The notes beneath the pieces were generated by a model. It worked only from the letters and a program-made list of their open reading frames with translations, was not told the origin of the DNA and did no database searches. A stretch of DNA of 64,000 bases from Azolla caroliniana (lineage: Eukaryota; Plantae; Polypodiophyta). A program made the position numbers and the translations under genes. Shown one piece after another: positions 1 through 12,482 of this stretch. Positions within the stretch are counted from its first letter, which is position 1. Each line of letters starts with the position of its first letter. Location: positions 1,302,001 through 1,366,000 of the forward strand of contig JBHGNT010000014.1 in NCBI GenBank assembly GCA_043228905.1, given 5' to 3'.

Positions 1-3000
1 ACACTTGGTCATTCCATCTGCGACATTGTCGGTTGTGGATATTTTCTCTAGACCGATTTTCCCTGAAATGACGCAGTCTCGAACGAAGTGATATCGAACG
101 TCGATATGTTTGGAGGCGTTGTGGTGAACCGGATTTTTTGACAAGGCAACAACACCTTGACTGTCGCTATAGACAACCGGGGCCGAGTCATGGTCGACTT
201 GTCGAAACGTGTGCGCCAGCCGGCCGAGCCACAAAGCTTCTTTTGCAGTGTCGGACGCAGCTACATATTCTGCTTCGGTCGTTGAGGTCGCTGTGCACTC
301 CTGAAGTTTCGACTTCCACGAAATTGCTCCATTGCCGAATTTGAAGCAATATCCAGTTGTTGATTTCCGACTGTCTATACAGCCGGCGAAGTCCGAGTCG
401 GTGTAACCGACTACGCCTGAGGTTGAGTTCGGACCGAAAAGAATGCCGTGGTCTTTTGTGCCAGCCAGATATTTGAACACATGCTTGACTGCGTTCCAAT
501 GCGATCGGCCAGGATTGTGCATAAATCTGCTAACGACTCCTACGGCATGAGAAATATCAGGCCGTGTCGTGACCATCAGGTACATAAGGGAGCCGACTGC
601 CGGTGCATACGGTACCGACTTCATATCTTCCCCCTCCGGACCGGATGTCGGGCAGTCTCGCTGAGAGAGCCGAAGATTCATGGGGAGCGGGGTTGAAGCA
701 GATTTGGCTGATTGCATGTTGAAGCGTTCCAAGACACGTCCGATATAGTCGGTCTGAGACAAAAAAAGATGTCGTTTATCGCGATGCCGACTAATCTTCA
801 TGCCAAGTATGTGTCGTGCCGGACCGAGGTCCTTCATGGCAAACTTCAACCGCAATTGCCGAATGAGATCGGCAAGTTCGCCCGCGTGGCGTCCAGAAAT
901 TAGCATGTCGTCCACGTAAATGATGAGGAAGATGGGTGATCCATCTTGAGCGGTGTTGGTAAAAAGACAATGGTCCTCATCGCTTTTGGAGAAGCCGATC
1001 GATTGGATGAAGTCGTCGAACTTCTTGTACCATTGTCGCGGTGCCTGTTTGAGGCCGTATAGACTCTTCCTGAGTCGGCAGACTAGATGTTCTTGGCCAG
1101 TTGCCACGAAGCCTTTTGGCTGCTCCATATAAATTTCCTCTTCAAGATCACCATGGAGGAAGGTTGTTTTGACATCTAGCTGAATCAGCTCCAAGTTGTC
1201 GGCTGCCACTACGCCGAGTAGAAAACGAAGGGTTGTCATTTTCACCACTGGTGAAAAAATCTCGTCGAAGTCGACGCCATATTCTTGTCGGAAGCCCTTC
1301 GCAACTAATCTGGCCTTGTACTTTGGGGTGGTCGAATCAGACGTCTCTTTTAGTCGATAAACCCACTTGCAAGGAAGAGCACGTCGATTCTTAGGTAATT
1401 CGACCAAATCCCAAGTCTTGTTTGCCCGAATGGAGTGCATTTCCGACTCCATCGCCAGATGCCAGGTGGCTGAATCGACAGATGTCGATGCTTCTTCGTA
1501 AGACGTCGGTTCGCCGGCGTCGGTGAAGAAAATTCCAGGAGAATACCTCTCCGGAGGTTGCGACAGTCTCTCGGATCGTCGAGGTATGATTGGACTGGTC
1601 GTATCGGGTATCGAGGTCGGATGGTCCGAAAGCGAGTTATTCTGCTGTGCCGAGTCAGAGTTGTCCGAGTCGGTAGTGTAAGGTTCAGCTACCCGTGAAG
1701 CTGACCGTGTGTTAGGAGCGGGGCCTTCTTGAAGGGTCGGCACATCGGAAAATGTTACCCTTCGGACTTCGATCGGTGTTTCGACTAATGGATTCATAGC
1801 CGACTCGTTGAACACAACGTCCGAACTTCGAATGATTTGCCTGCGTTCGGGGTCCCAGAGTCGGTATCCCATTTCGCCGTTTGATCCATATCCAAGGAAA
1901 ATGCATTTCCTGGACCGAGGTGCAAGTTTTCGGCGATCATCTTTCGGAATAAGGGCGTACGCCTCGCATCCGAAGATCCTCAGCTTGTCGTAATTCGGCT
2001 TACTGCCGATCCATAGTTCCTGAGGAATTTGAAGTCCTAGAGGTCTGCTTGGCGACATATTGATTATGTGTACTGCCGTGAGTAGAGCCTCTGCCCAGAA
2101 GCCATCCGACAGTCCGGAGTGTTGGAGCATGGAAACTATCCGTTCTTGGATTGTCCGATTCATGCGTTCTGCAATCCCGTTTTGCTCCGGACTGTGTGGT
2201 GCCGTAAATTCACGTCGGATGCCGCGTTGTCGGAAGAATTTGACGAATTCTTCTGATTTGAACTCTCCCCCATTGTCGGTCTGAAAGCATTTCAGTTTTC
2301 GGTCAGTTTGATTTTCTACCATAGCGAGCCAATCGGAGAAGATCGAGAAGACACGATCTTTGCTGCGAATTGGATAAGCCCACACCTTTCGAGTCGAATC
2401 GTCAATAAAACTGACGAAGTAAGAGGCACCGCTGAGAGACTGATGCGGCATTGGGCCACAGACGTCCGAGTGGACTAAATCGAGAGGTCTCGTTTCTCTT
2501 GGTGCTGATGTCGAGTGTGATGCGGCTGCTTGTTTGCCATACTGGCAATGTTCGCAGAATTGATGGTCCGAGAAGGAGAGTTTAGGGATGTATCCGGCTC
2601 TAGATAGGTGCGTAATGCCGGCCTTGCTGAGGTGTCCTAATCTTCTGTGCCATAGTGATGACACAGGAATATCCACCAAAAACAGGTTACCCTCTCTGAG
2701 CGTAACATGTAACGGATACAGTGAGTGTATCTTGGGTCCTCTAGCAAGCAGGAGGTTCCCCCTGTGGAGTGTCCACCCTCCCGAAGAAAAACCGGCACGA
2801 ATGCCGTCTTCATCTAGTTGTCCGACTGAGATCAATGGCCTTGAGAGCTCGGGTACATGTCGGACATTGTGAAGTACAAGTGTAGAGCCACCTGCAAGGT
2901 TGAGCTCTACTGTGCCGATTCCAATGATGTCACAGTGTTGCGAGTTGCCGACTCGAACTGAGTCGGAGTGACGGATCGTATATTGCCGAAATTGGGATCG

Positions 3001-3966
3001 ATGAGGAGTCACGTGAAATGACGCGCCCGAATCTAAGAGCCATGTGCTCGATTCTTCAGTCGTGAGCAGAACTTCTGATCCGACTGGATTTTCGATTGAT
3101 AGTATATTCGGGTCGTTTGGTAGCACATCAGCTGAGAAGCTGACGTAATTGATCTCCTCATGCCGGCCACTCTTCTTGTCTGATTTCTGAGACTTGTCGT
3201 TCTTGTTCTTGAGTGCGCGGCAGTCGGCTTTGATGTGTCCGGGTTTCTTGCAATAGTTGCAGATTCGATTATCCCGTGACTGGCTCCGTCTTCGCTGATT
3301 GTTCGGCTGCCGTGAGGAATCTCTTCCTCGTATGTTCGATCGTTCTGTCGAACCTTGTACTACATAAGCGTCGTCTGTTGAGTCTTTGGCGAAAGACTTT
3401 CTCCGAGCTGCTTCGGTCAGGATTGCGCTCGTGACTTCGGAGTATTTAACAGCCGTGGTTGACGCGTTGCACACGGTTGTGACGAAAGTTTCCCATGATG
3501 AGGGAAGGCTGCTCATGAGTATCATTGCTCTGAGTTCATCCTCGATTGCCGTCCCCTGAGATGAGATTTGGGAGCTTATGCTTTCGTACTCATTGAGATG
3601 TGCTTAAACCGAATCTGATTCTTTCATCCGCAAGTTGTAGAGGCGCCGGATCAGAAACATCTTCGTTGCAGCGACCTTCTTTTCGTAGGTGTCTGACAGT
3701 GTTTTCCACAGTTCGAATGTTGTCGTACACGATTGCACCGTAAAGTATACCGATTCCGATAGGTGCATCCGAATCGTGGCGCGGACGATTCTGTCCAGCT
3801 TCTGCCACTCAATTGGTTTGTATCCTTCTGGAGGTACTTCATTTTCGATGGGATCGATTTGCCCCTTGACTATGAGATAGTCCTGCATTTGCTCCTTCCA
3901 GAAGTTGAAGTTCGATCCATCGAACTTTCGTAGACTCATTTCTGACGAGCCGGATGTTGATGTCAT
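1..3966 (-). pseudogene. copia gag-pol polyprotein with one in-frame stop (TAA at 3604-3606)
   Basis: MTSTSG...KFDGSNFNFWK gag start. The same frame resumes (AHLNEYE) and includes CNYCKKPGHIKADC, WLLDSGAS, LVHSDVCGP, IYVDDML and ADGMTKC at the window edge. Confidence 0.88.
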
Positions 3967-4810
3967 GACTCTGCCCTAAGTCGGCTACGAACTTTGGTGA
4001 AGTGCAGCGGTTTGGCCCACTCAGTGTCGTTCTAGCCGAAGTTGGACACAAGTGATGTTGATTACGGAGAATCGGGGATTTGGTTCGGATTGACTACCGA
4101 CAACTGTCTTAGTCGAGTTGAACCTAGATTTAACGATCCGACAGTACTTCAAGCCGATTCGGTTTCGGTTGACTGCAACGGTGAGAGCAATGGAACCGAC
4201 TGGTCCTTCCGATTATTGTCCAATCGAATGAAACACGAACTGGGGTTGTCCTTGAAGTCGTCGTTGTGCAGGAAGCCCACCTCAAGCAGTTACGATCAAG
4301 GAAGTAGAGTACAACCGACTGGTTTACTCCGAGTGATGATCTAACGCAGCGAGATTCAAGCTTGTGTTTGCCTACTTTCTTCTCTGTTTCTTCGAGTGAC
4401 GCAAGAAACCGAATGCTTTGCAGACTAGGATGAAGCGAAAGGCCGAATACTGTGCAGGCTGTGATGACGGCCGACAGCGGGTTGAGGGACCTTGCTCTGA
4501 TACCAAATGTTGAAGACAAGGCCGTCAATGCGGAAGATCAAGTAGCATTCGATTGGGGTTGAGTACCTGCGTATGACAGTTTCTAAGATCGTGCACAGAG
4601 ATAGAGAGAGAGAGAGAGAGGAGGCACAAAAGACTCTTTCTATTCAATAGAAACAATAATACAACCCAACCTTACAAAAAGGTTACTAGGTCACTTTATA
4701 TAGTGACAAACTTAGGGCAACTACCATTTATGCTAATTACACAAATGGCCCAAACTTGAGCTATACAAAGGGATAGTGTGAATACGTCCATTATACACTT
4801 GTATTCGACA
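1..4810 (-). mobile_element. Ty1/copia LTR retrotransposon A (5' LTR plus most of gag-pol; 3' end outside window)
   Basis: 5' LTR 4508-4810 (TGTCG...CAACA on - strand) followed by tRNA-iMet PBS TGGTATCAGAGC. Domain order is gag, PR, IN, RT, RH. Inserted into the RT (MKDLGP) of copia C. Confidence 0.95.
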
Positions 4811-7350
4811 CCGGGCCCAAGTCTTTCATTGAGAAAGTTCGGTTGAGAGCCTTCTTCAGCATCCGTATTTTGGCTTGGTCCCGTCCGACGATCAACATGT
4901 CTTCCACGTACAGAAGGAGTATCAGGGGGTCGCCTCCTTCGAACTTCTTCAAAAAGACGCAGTGATCGGTTTGTGTTTTGTGATACCCTTAGTCGATCAT
5001 GAAGGAGTTGAACTTCCAGTACCATTTTCGGGGAGCCTGCTTCAATCCGTACAGGCCCTTCTTCAACCGGCAAACCAAGTGCTCCTTCCCTTTTTCCACG
5101 AATCCTTCCGGTTCCTGCATGTAGATCTCCTCTTCGAGGTCACCGTGAAGGAATGTCGTCTTCATGTCCAGCTGCTCTACCTCGAGGTCCATGCTTGCCG
5201 CTATACTCAGCACCGTCCAGATGGAAGTCATCTTTACTACCGGGGCAAATATCTCGTCGAAGTCCACGCCCTTCTTCTGCTGGAACCCCTTCACCACGAT
5301 CCTGGCTTTGTATCTCAAGGGGTTGCCGACACCTCCCGGTTTCAACTTGTACACCCACTTGTTTCGGAGTGCCCGCTTTCAGCTTCCGGCCGGTTTCTCC
5401 TTCCACTCTCACGTGGAGCTCTTTGAAGACAGATAGCACCTGATCCTTCGTCTTCAACGGTGTGGCCCACAGCTTCCGGTTGTGATCATCTATGAACGTC
5501 ACGAAGTACTGCGATCCGGCATGTGACTTCGTGTCCACTTGACACACATCGGTATGCACCAACTCCAGTGGTGCATTACGTCTCATCGGTGGCCTCGATT
5601 GGAAGGAGGTCCAATTTTGTTTACCGGCTAGGCAGTCGGTGCACCTCTCAAGATGCACGTTCTTCACTGGAATGAGGTTGTCATTGGCAAGCCTCTTCAT
5701 CCCCTTCACGCTCATGTGACACAGTCTCTTGTGCCATAGCTCACCGGCAGTGTCGAAAGCCACGTTCACTTCTTCCGGGCATAACCGGGCATTCATCATG
5801 TACAACGTATTGACCTTCCGGGCCCGAGCCACTATCAGGTTCCCTTTGCTGAATTTCTTGACTCCGTTCCGGATGCTACCCATGTAGCCTTCGTCATCTA
5901 GCTGACCGGCTGATATCAGGTTCAGTTGAACCTCTGGAACGTGTCGGACATCCTTCAGCAGCAACTTGCATCCGGTTGGTGTTGTCAACCACACGTCTCC
6001 TATGCCGACAATTTGGCATGTACCTTCATTCCCCATCTGGACGCAGCCGTGATCACCGGATGTGTAGAATGAGAAGCATTTCCGGTCCGGGGTAAGGTGG
6101 AACGACGCTCCGGAATCGACAACCCACATTGTCTTGTTGTCGGCAAGGTTCAACTCACTCTCCTCAGTGATGAGCATCAACTCTTCTTCACTTGTCGCGA
6201 TTGCCATCGTTCCCTTTCGATCCGGCCCCCTCCGGTCTTTACCATTCCGGTCCGGTGTCCGCTTCAAATCGGTACCGTTGGTTTCCTTGTCTTTTCGGAA
6301 GTGCCGACAGTTCTTCTGGAAGTGTCCCGGCTTGCCGCAATAGAAGCAAGTAGGCTTCCCCCTTGACTTTGATCGTGTCCCCGACTTTTCCCGGTTATGG
6401 GGACTACGGTTCCTTTGTCTTCCGCGTTCCGATTCGGTAAGGATGTTGCCTGGTGTATCAGCCCCTGGAAGGCGTTCATGTGCTCCGCCATGCTGGAGCC
6501 ATCTTGGTACCGGAGTCTTACTAGCTTCCGAAATACCGAAACCTGATTAACAACATTTTTGTTCTGAAACATAATGCCGATCTTCTCCTAGAGCTCATGA
6601 GCCTTGCTCTCTTCATTGAAGTTGTTGTATAGACTCATGTCGATGAAGCACCGTATGTACGCCGTTGTCTTCATGTGCATCACCTCCCATATCGTGGCAT
6701 CGATTTTGTCCAGTCTCTTGTTCCCGAACTGAACCGACAACCAAAGATCTTTAACCACGAGCATGTCCCTCATCTTCGACTTCCACACTGAATAGTTGGA
6801 GCTGGTGAGCTTGAACATGCCTCCCAATGAATCGTGCATTTTTCTGTGTCGTTTTGCTTTGATACCAGTTTGTAGTTCAAATCGTTGCCGGCCACAACCG
6901 GTTGTATATGTGCGAAACAGAATACAGAAATTGATAATGACACAGATTTTAACGTGGAAACCCGAACTGGGAAAAAACCACGTGGAGTCCACAAACTCTG
7001 AAACAGAACACTATGAAAGAAAAGAAGAATACAATCAGAGATCTCAGAGGCAACGACCTCGAGATCCTGCTTCGCCAATAGGCGGCTATGGAGCTCACTC
7101 TCTCCCACTTACACTCGTTTACACTTACGGTTACAGAGGCCACGGCCTCGACAACAGTAACTTTACAATACTACACACTCAAGTAGCATGATTGCTGTAA
7201 GTACTTATATACCAATGTAACCTTTCGACTATTTACAAGTTTAGCCCTTCTGTGTTGGCTATCTCCACGATTTCCGGTTTCGGCCTCAGCGGAGTTGCTC
7301 ATCAACACGGTTCTTCTTACTTCCCATCCGGAAGGACCTGCTTCCTAACA
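4811..7350 (-). mobile_element. Ty1/copia element C, internally deleted
   Basis: 5' LTR 6871-7350 (TGTTAG...CTACA on - strand), iMet-type PBS TGGTATCAAAGC, gag 6588-6836, PR/IN ORF 5140-6267 (WVVDSGAS, LVHTDVC), RT fragment 4989-5354. IN jumps to RT near 5372. Related to copia B. Inserted in a LINE. Confidence 0.9.
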
Positions 7351-9551
7351 CCTTTTATAGTCATGCAAATGCTTTTGGTAATTTTCTTTATCCTTAACTA
7401 CATCCAAAACCATAAGGCACTTTCGAGCTTCATGAATTCTTTATCAAACCATTTTTTCTTACATTTCTTAGTGCATTTCCATGATGTGCGGTTGGTCGAA
7501 AAACATTTGTTTGTACAAGAGAGAATGACATTCTTAAAAGCTTCCCATTTGCATTTTAGTATGGCACCATGCTGTGTCTTTGTCATTTGTAACAGATCCT
7601 CAACCATCTTGGATTACATGGGCGCTCGCTTAAGATTCATGCTCAAGTGCGTTTGTTTACTATCTTCAATGACCTTCTCGCAATCAAAACTATGCATACA
7701 TTTGAGATCAATACATAAATTCCTATGATCGGATTTCGATGTCCATTCCCCGAGTGAGAATTTATGTGTACGATCCAAAATACCTTCGGAAAGTAGCACA
7801 TAGTCAATCACACTATTTCCATTGTGTTTTCTACATGTAAAGCTGTTAGTATTGGGCCATAAGGAAACACCATTTGCAATAAGCAATCCTGTACTATTGC
7901 ACATTTGTAGGAGTAGTTTCCCAATTTGGTCTGGATCTTTTTCATCGCTAGAAGATCAACTATACATTTGCATATCCTCTTGCATCCTTGAGATATGTGG
8001 CATGAAAGATTCTTGTGAATCAAGTTGGAAACTTATTGTACGAGCATTCATGTCACCAAAGACAATAACTTCCCCTTTGGATTTGAAATAAGCAATATCA
8101 TCTTCTAGATTTGCAAAAGGTTGATCTTTATCCAAACAAGCATAGAAGTTAGAATCTTGATGAGGAATGTAACATCCAATGACAAAAGCGGGCAAGTCAT
8201 TAGGTGTTTCTATTTTGAGCCATATGTAGCATTTATGTTCATCATTTTTTACGATTGACACATATTTCTCTATTTCCTTCTTAATCAAACATGCCACCCC
8301 TCCTTGTCCTCTTCTTTGTCTTGGATTTTTCTCCCATATCAAAGAGTGTACATTATAGGTTTCTAAATCTTGAATCCTTTGAGTATCATGCTCCCATGTA
8401 TCAACAAGAAGTGTGATATCCGAGTCATCGATGAACTCCTCTATGCCGAATCCTGCATTCCATGGGTATCCATTGCAATTCCAAAAACATAGTCGTAAAA
8501 GGCATGGTTTAGTCTCATAGGTCACGTGTCCCTATTTGCCTACATTTCCATCTTTAAGCACATCCTTAACCTTATTTTTTCAATCTTTCTTCATATGCTT
8601 TATGACGGGCATTTTGTTGTGAGATAGTACGATCTTCACTCATAAAGCATTGCATACCTTTGAGGTATATACCCAACTATTTTCGAGTATGATCCGCCGC
8701 TTTATATCATTTGTCATTGTGCATACAATGAGCCTTTCCCTGAAGCGAGTAACACCGTGTTTCTCAACTCGGTGTGCCCCATATACATTCGCATCCGACA
8801 TCCCATAATGCATGCTAAAAAATTCACCAATGGCCTTTCCAACTATTTTCAGATAACAATGTTCTTTGATCTTCGTTAATGCTCTTTCAATTCGCGAGTA
8901 TCTATGCTTTCTATATTCTTCTCTTGATGCATCACATGCATATTAGATGATTTTGGTACCCCATCCCCACCACATACATCGGCCCATGATTTTGTTGTAC
9001 ATACATTTTTCATCTCACTTACATCCCCCGCCTCATTGTGTCTAATTTTTCTTCTTTTAATGTTTCCTTTAACTCAATCTTATTAAGGCGCTCATTTGTT
9101 TCGAAAGAAGCTCTTTTACATTCTTGAATATCTTCCTCAAGTTTTGCAACCACTTTCTTAAGAATTTCATTCTCAATGGCAATAATTTGGAGCTTATCAT
9201 TCTCTTTCATTAAATTCCTAATCTCTTCACCTTGCTGGTTTATGGTTTCTTGAAGAGAAATCAAGTGACTCATAAGCATTTTGTCCATTGTGTTTATTGC
9301 ATTGGAATCAACATTTGTTGGTGATTTCGGTTCATTATCAATCATACTCCCAAACTTTGAGGCGGCCTTATGAGTGTGTGTCATTGTAGGACCAAACCCT
9401 ACGAGAAGAGAGAGAGGGAGAGAGGGAGAGAGGGAGAGAGAAAATGTACCTTTCACTTGATTTAGGGCTTCAAAATCTACCTTGTGTTTGAGGAGCCGTG
9501 GGGCAAAGATGGATACAGACAAAATGCTCATAACTTCTCGCCATGGCAATG
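7351..9551 (-). mobile_element. LINE (RTEX-like) 5' part: coiled-coil ORF1 and APE endonuclease, degenerate
   Basis: Coiled-coil ORF within 9019-9615. Endonuclease motifs WNCNG, GGVACLIK, IVFGDMNAR, SVIDYVLLS and SDH lie in 7614-8525. Confidence 0.8.
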
Positions 9552-9575
9552 GAGAGAGAGAGAGAAAGAAAGATA

Positions 9576-11599
9576 TATTAACGTCTTCTAAGGCCAAATT
9601 TGGCCCATGAGACAATTGGGTTACAACAAAAATGAGTGTTTATCCAATCATCAAAACTAAAATAAAAGAAAATAGCTTAAGCTAAGAAAGTTCTAGTAGT
9701 GTACAAAACTTTGCACTAAGCCTAATCTCATTTCCACCCAAGTCTCTCAAAAAGAAGTGGGAGGTCAAAAGTTTTTGGTGTGGGTGTGACCCATGGTCTC
9801 GATGCATAGAGTGCCCTAGCCATGGCTATGGTTTCTAGGCGGTGTAGTTCACGTTCCCTTATTTTCTTTATTGCTTCTACATCTCGTCGAGTTGCTTTGA
9901 AACCCGGCATCCAAGGGCGTTTGGTTCTTCTTTGATTTTCTATTTCATCAAGGAAAAGCCCGAGTGGTGCAGGTGTGTCGACATTCATTGTCTCCCCCTG
10001 TTCCTGAAAAACTTCATTTGTTACATGTTGGTAAACATTAGTAACATTATTATCAACGTTTTGTAACTTATTCTCTCTGTGTTGTTTCAATTCTAAGATG
10101 TATCTACCTAATTTCTTTATATCTAGTGTATCTAATAGTTTAGGGAGGGTGGGAGAGGAACCAAGTATGTCTTGATATTTTGCCCTTATCTCAGCATAGG
10201 TGGGGCATTTGCATGTAAAATGGTACTCATCCTCTATCTCTATGTGGCATAACCTACATATCCTTTCCTCCCTAGGGACTCCATTAGTACGTCCATTCTC
10301 AATCTCAAGTTGGTGAGATGATATTTTAAGTTGACTAATGGCAACTCTTAGTGCATGTGGTAAGAATACATCTAGATATTTTGGTCGCGTGATAAAACCT
10401 AACTTAGAGAAATGCATAAAGTGTTCCTTATAGTACGACATTTTAGATGGGAGTGGCTCTAGTGGGGTGATCCATTTATACCGAGTATAAATTTGCCATA
10501 TTTCTTGGCGTATTACTTTATTACGGTCCTCATGAGAGATTAAAGTGTTATCAGTCGTGTGGTCGTACTTAAGGGGGGGGAGGTTATTAATGTCTAGACT
10601 GTTGGCAAGAAGCCAACTCACCATCATGCCATACCATGAGCTAGTATAGCCAGACTCATACAGTGCTCGAGAAGCCTTAAAGGCTTGGTGGGATATTCTA
10701 TCAAGTGGTTAGTTATGTATCCTGTGGATAAAGACTACAAGTTGAAAAAGTGCTTCTACTAACATAGGGGGTAGAGTGAACTCAGCCCTAATAATGTCAT
10801 GTGGGACTGGCGATTTGCTTTGGAGTTGGCGTGATAACATCATCACCAATGGTCTCTCTAATTGCGTCCACATGAAAGATGGTAGTCCTGGAGCCCAAAC
10901 TGCTGATGCATACATGAGAGAGGGAGTCACTAATGAGTCAAAGAGCCACCCTTTAGTTCGTGGCTCTTGGAAGTATGCTTGGTGGCATTGTCTCTCGAGG
11001 AGTGAGAGGGATGCATGTCCTCTTGTAAGTCTATCCTTCGCTGCTTGTGTCATCGAAAATTTACCTGAGTGGGCACTGAAAGTGACTTCGAGATAGACAT
11101 ATGATCCAACCACCTCAACTGGGCTATGGGAGATAGTTAGGTGACACTTAGCTCTAACTTGGGCCGACGTGTGGACGATAAGGACTTTAGTTTTCCCTAG
11201 ATTCACTACCAATCCTCGTTGTGTGCAAAAGTGATCTAAGGCATTAAGGTGCCTTTGTAGGTCGTGTTCGGATTCAGAGAGCAAAACTATGTCGTCTGCA
11301 TAGAGCAAGATACGCACCTGTGTATCCCCAAGGACTATTCCATTGCCTCCCTTACGAGCAATAAAATCTGTGATCTCATCAATGTAGATCCCAAAAAGAG
11401 TCGGAGATAAGGGGCAACCTTGTTTTACACCAATAGTGCTAGTGAAACTATCGGATATGCTGCCTGGGCATCGAACACACCCGGACACTTGTTCATATAG
11501 TGCGTAGATCGCCCAAACCATGTCATCTGGTATCCTCAAGCTCTTAAGCCTATCAAACAACCGCTTTCTAGGGACCGTGTCAAAGGCTTTGCGGAAGTC

Positions 11600-11603
<4 letters not shown>
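9576..11603 (-). mobile_element. 5'-truncated LINE (RTEX-like): RT plus C-terminal CCHC region
   Basis: DFRKAFD, GVKQGCPLSPTLF, LLYADDIVL and RICRLCHIEIEDEYHFTCKC. The 3' tail is (TTTC)n/(TC)n, and both ends abut GA repeats. Confidence 0.9.
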
Positions 11604-11631
<28 letters not shown>

Positions 11632-11849
11632 CATTATATTCATGGTAGATGTTACATTTTTTATACGTAGAAGAGATAATAGAGAAGTTTGTGTCGTGTG
11701 GGAACGTTTCATTGTGATAAAAGAAATCTCACAATGAATGAATGTGTTGTAACTTGTAACCTTGTCACGCTGAACAAAAAAAGTCACATTAATTTTTTTG
11801 GAAAAGAAAAGGTCACATTAATTAATAGGTGGTTACATTATTTTCTTTA

Positions 11850-12162
11850 GGGAAAAGTATTAGGATACCCCTGGAAATTCGTCTATTTACCGAAATGCCC
11901 CTGGAAGTTCTAAATTTACCAAACTACCCCTATGTCAAAAAAATTACACTTTATAAAGTAATTATACACTCAAATATTTGGTAAATAGGGCTAGTTCGGG
12001 TTCATTTCTTCCATCTTTGGTAAATAGGGTGTGTAGATTTGAGTGTATAATTACTTTATAAAGTGTAATTCTTTGGACATAGGGGTAGTTTGGTAGATTT
12101 AGAACTTTCAGGGGTATTCTGGTAAATAGACGAACTTCCAGGGGTATTTTGATACTTTTCCC
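11850..12162. mobile_element. Mutator-type MITE
   Basis: About 125-bp imperfect TIRs (GGGAAAAGTA...TACTTTTCCC). 9-bp TSD TTTTCTTTA at 11841-11849 and 12163-12171. Confidence 0.92.
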
Positions 12163-12223
12163 TTTTCTTTATATATGATAATCCATATATATATATATAT
12201 ATATATCTATAGGAAATTGGTAA

Positions 12224-12321
12224 ATTCACAGTTTTTTCTGTATTTTCGCAGTTTTATTTTTGAGTTCAGAAATATGATTACCCCGCTAAAAAACTGTGAA
12301 AATACAGAAAAAACTGTGAAT
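12224..12321. repeat. Inverted repeat (hairpin) near (TA)n runs, probable MITE remnant
   Basis: ATTCACAGTTTTTTCTGTATTTTCGCAGTTTT pairs with AAAACTGTGAAAATACAGAAAAAACTGTGAAT, with (TA)n on both sides. Confidence 0.7.
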
Positions 12322-12482
12322 ATATATATATATATATATTTGTTATTTATAATAACGTCTAATGCTTCTAATATTTAAAGTTCTGACACTTTAACTTAAC
12401 ACTTTTGGTGCCTACCACACTTATCACTCCTCCCCAAAATTCTCCCCCAACGAGCGAGCGAGCCAGGGAGCTCTGCCCAGCT

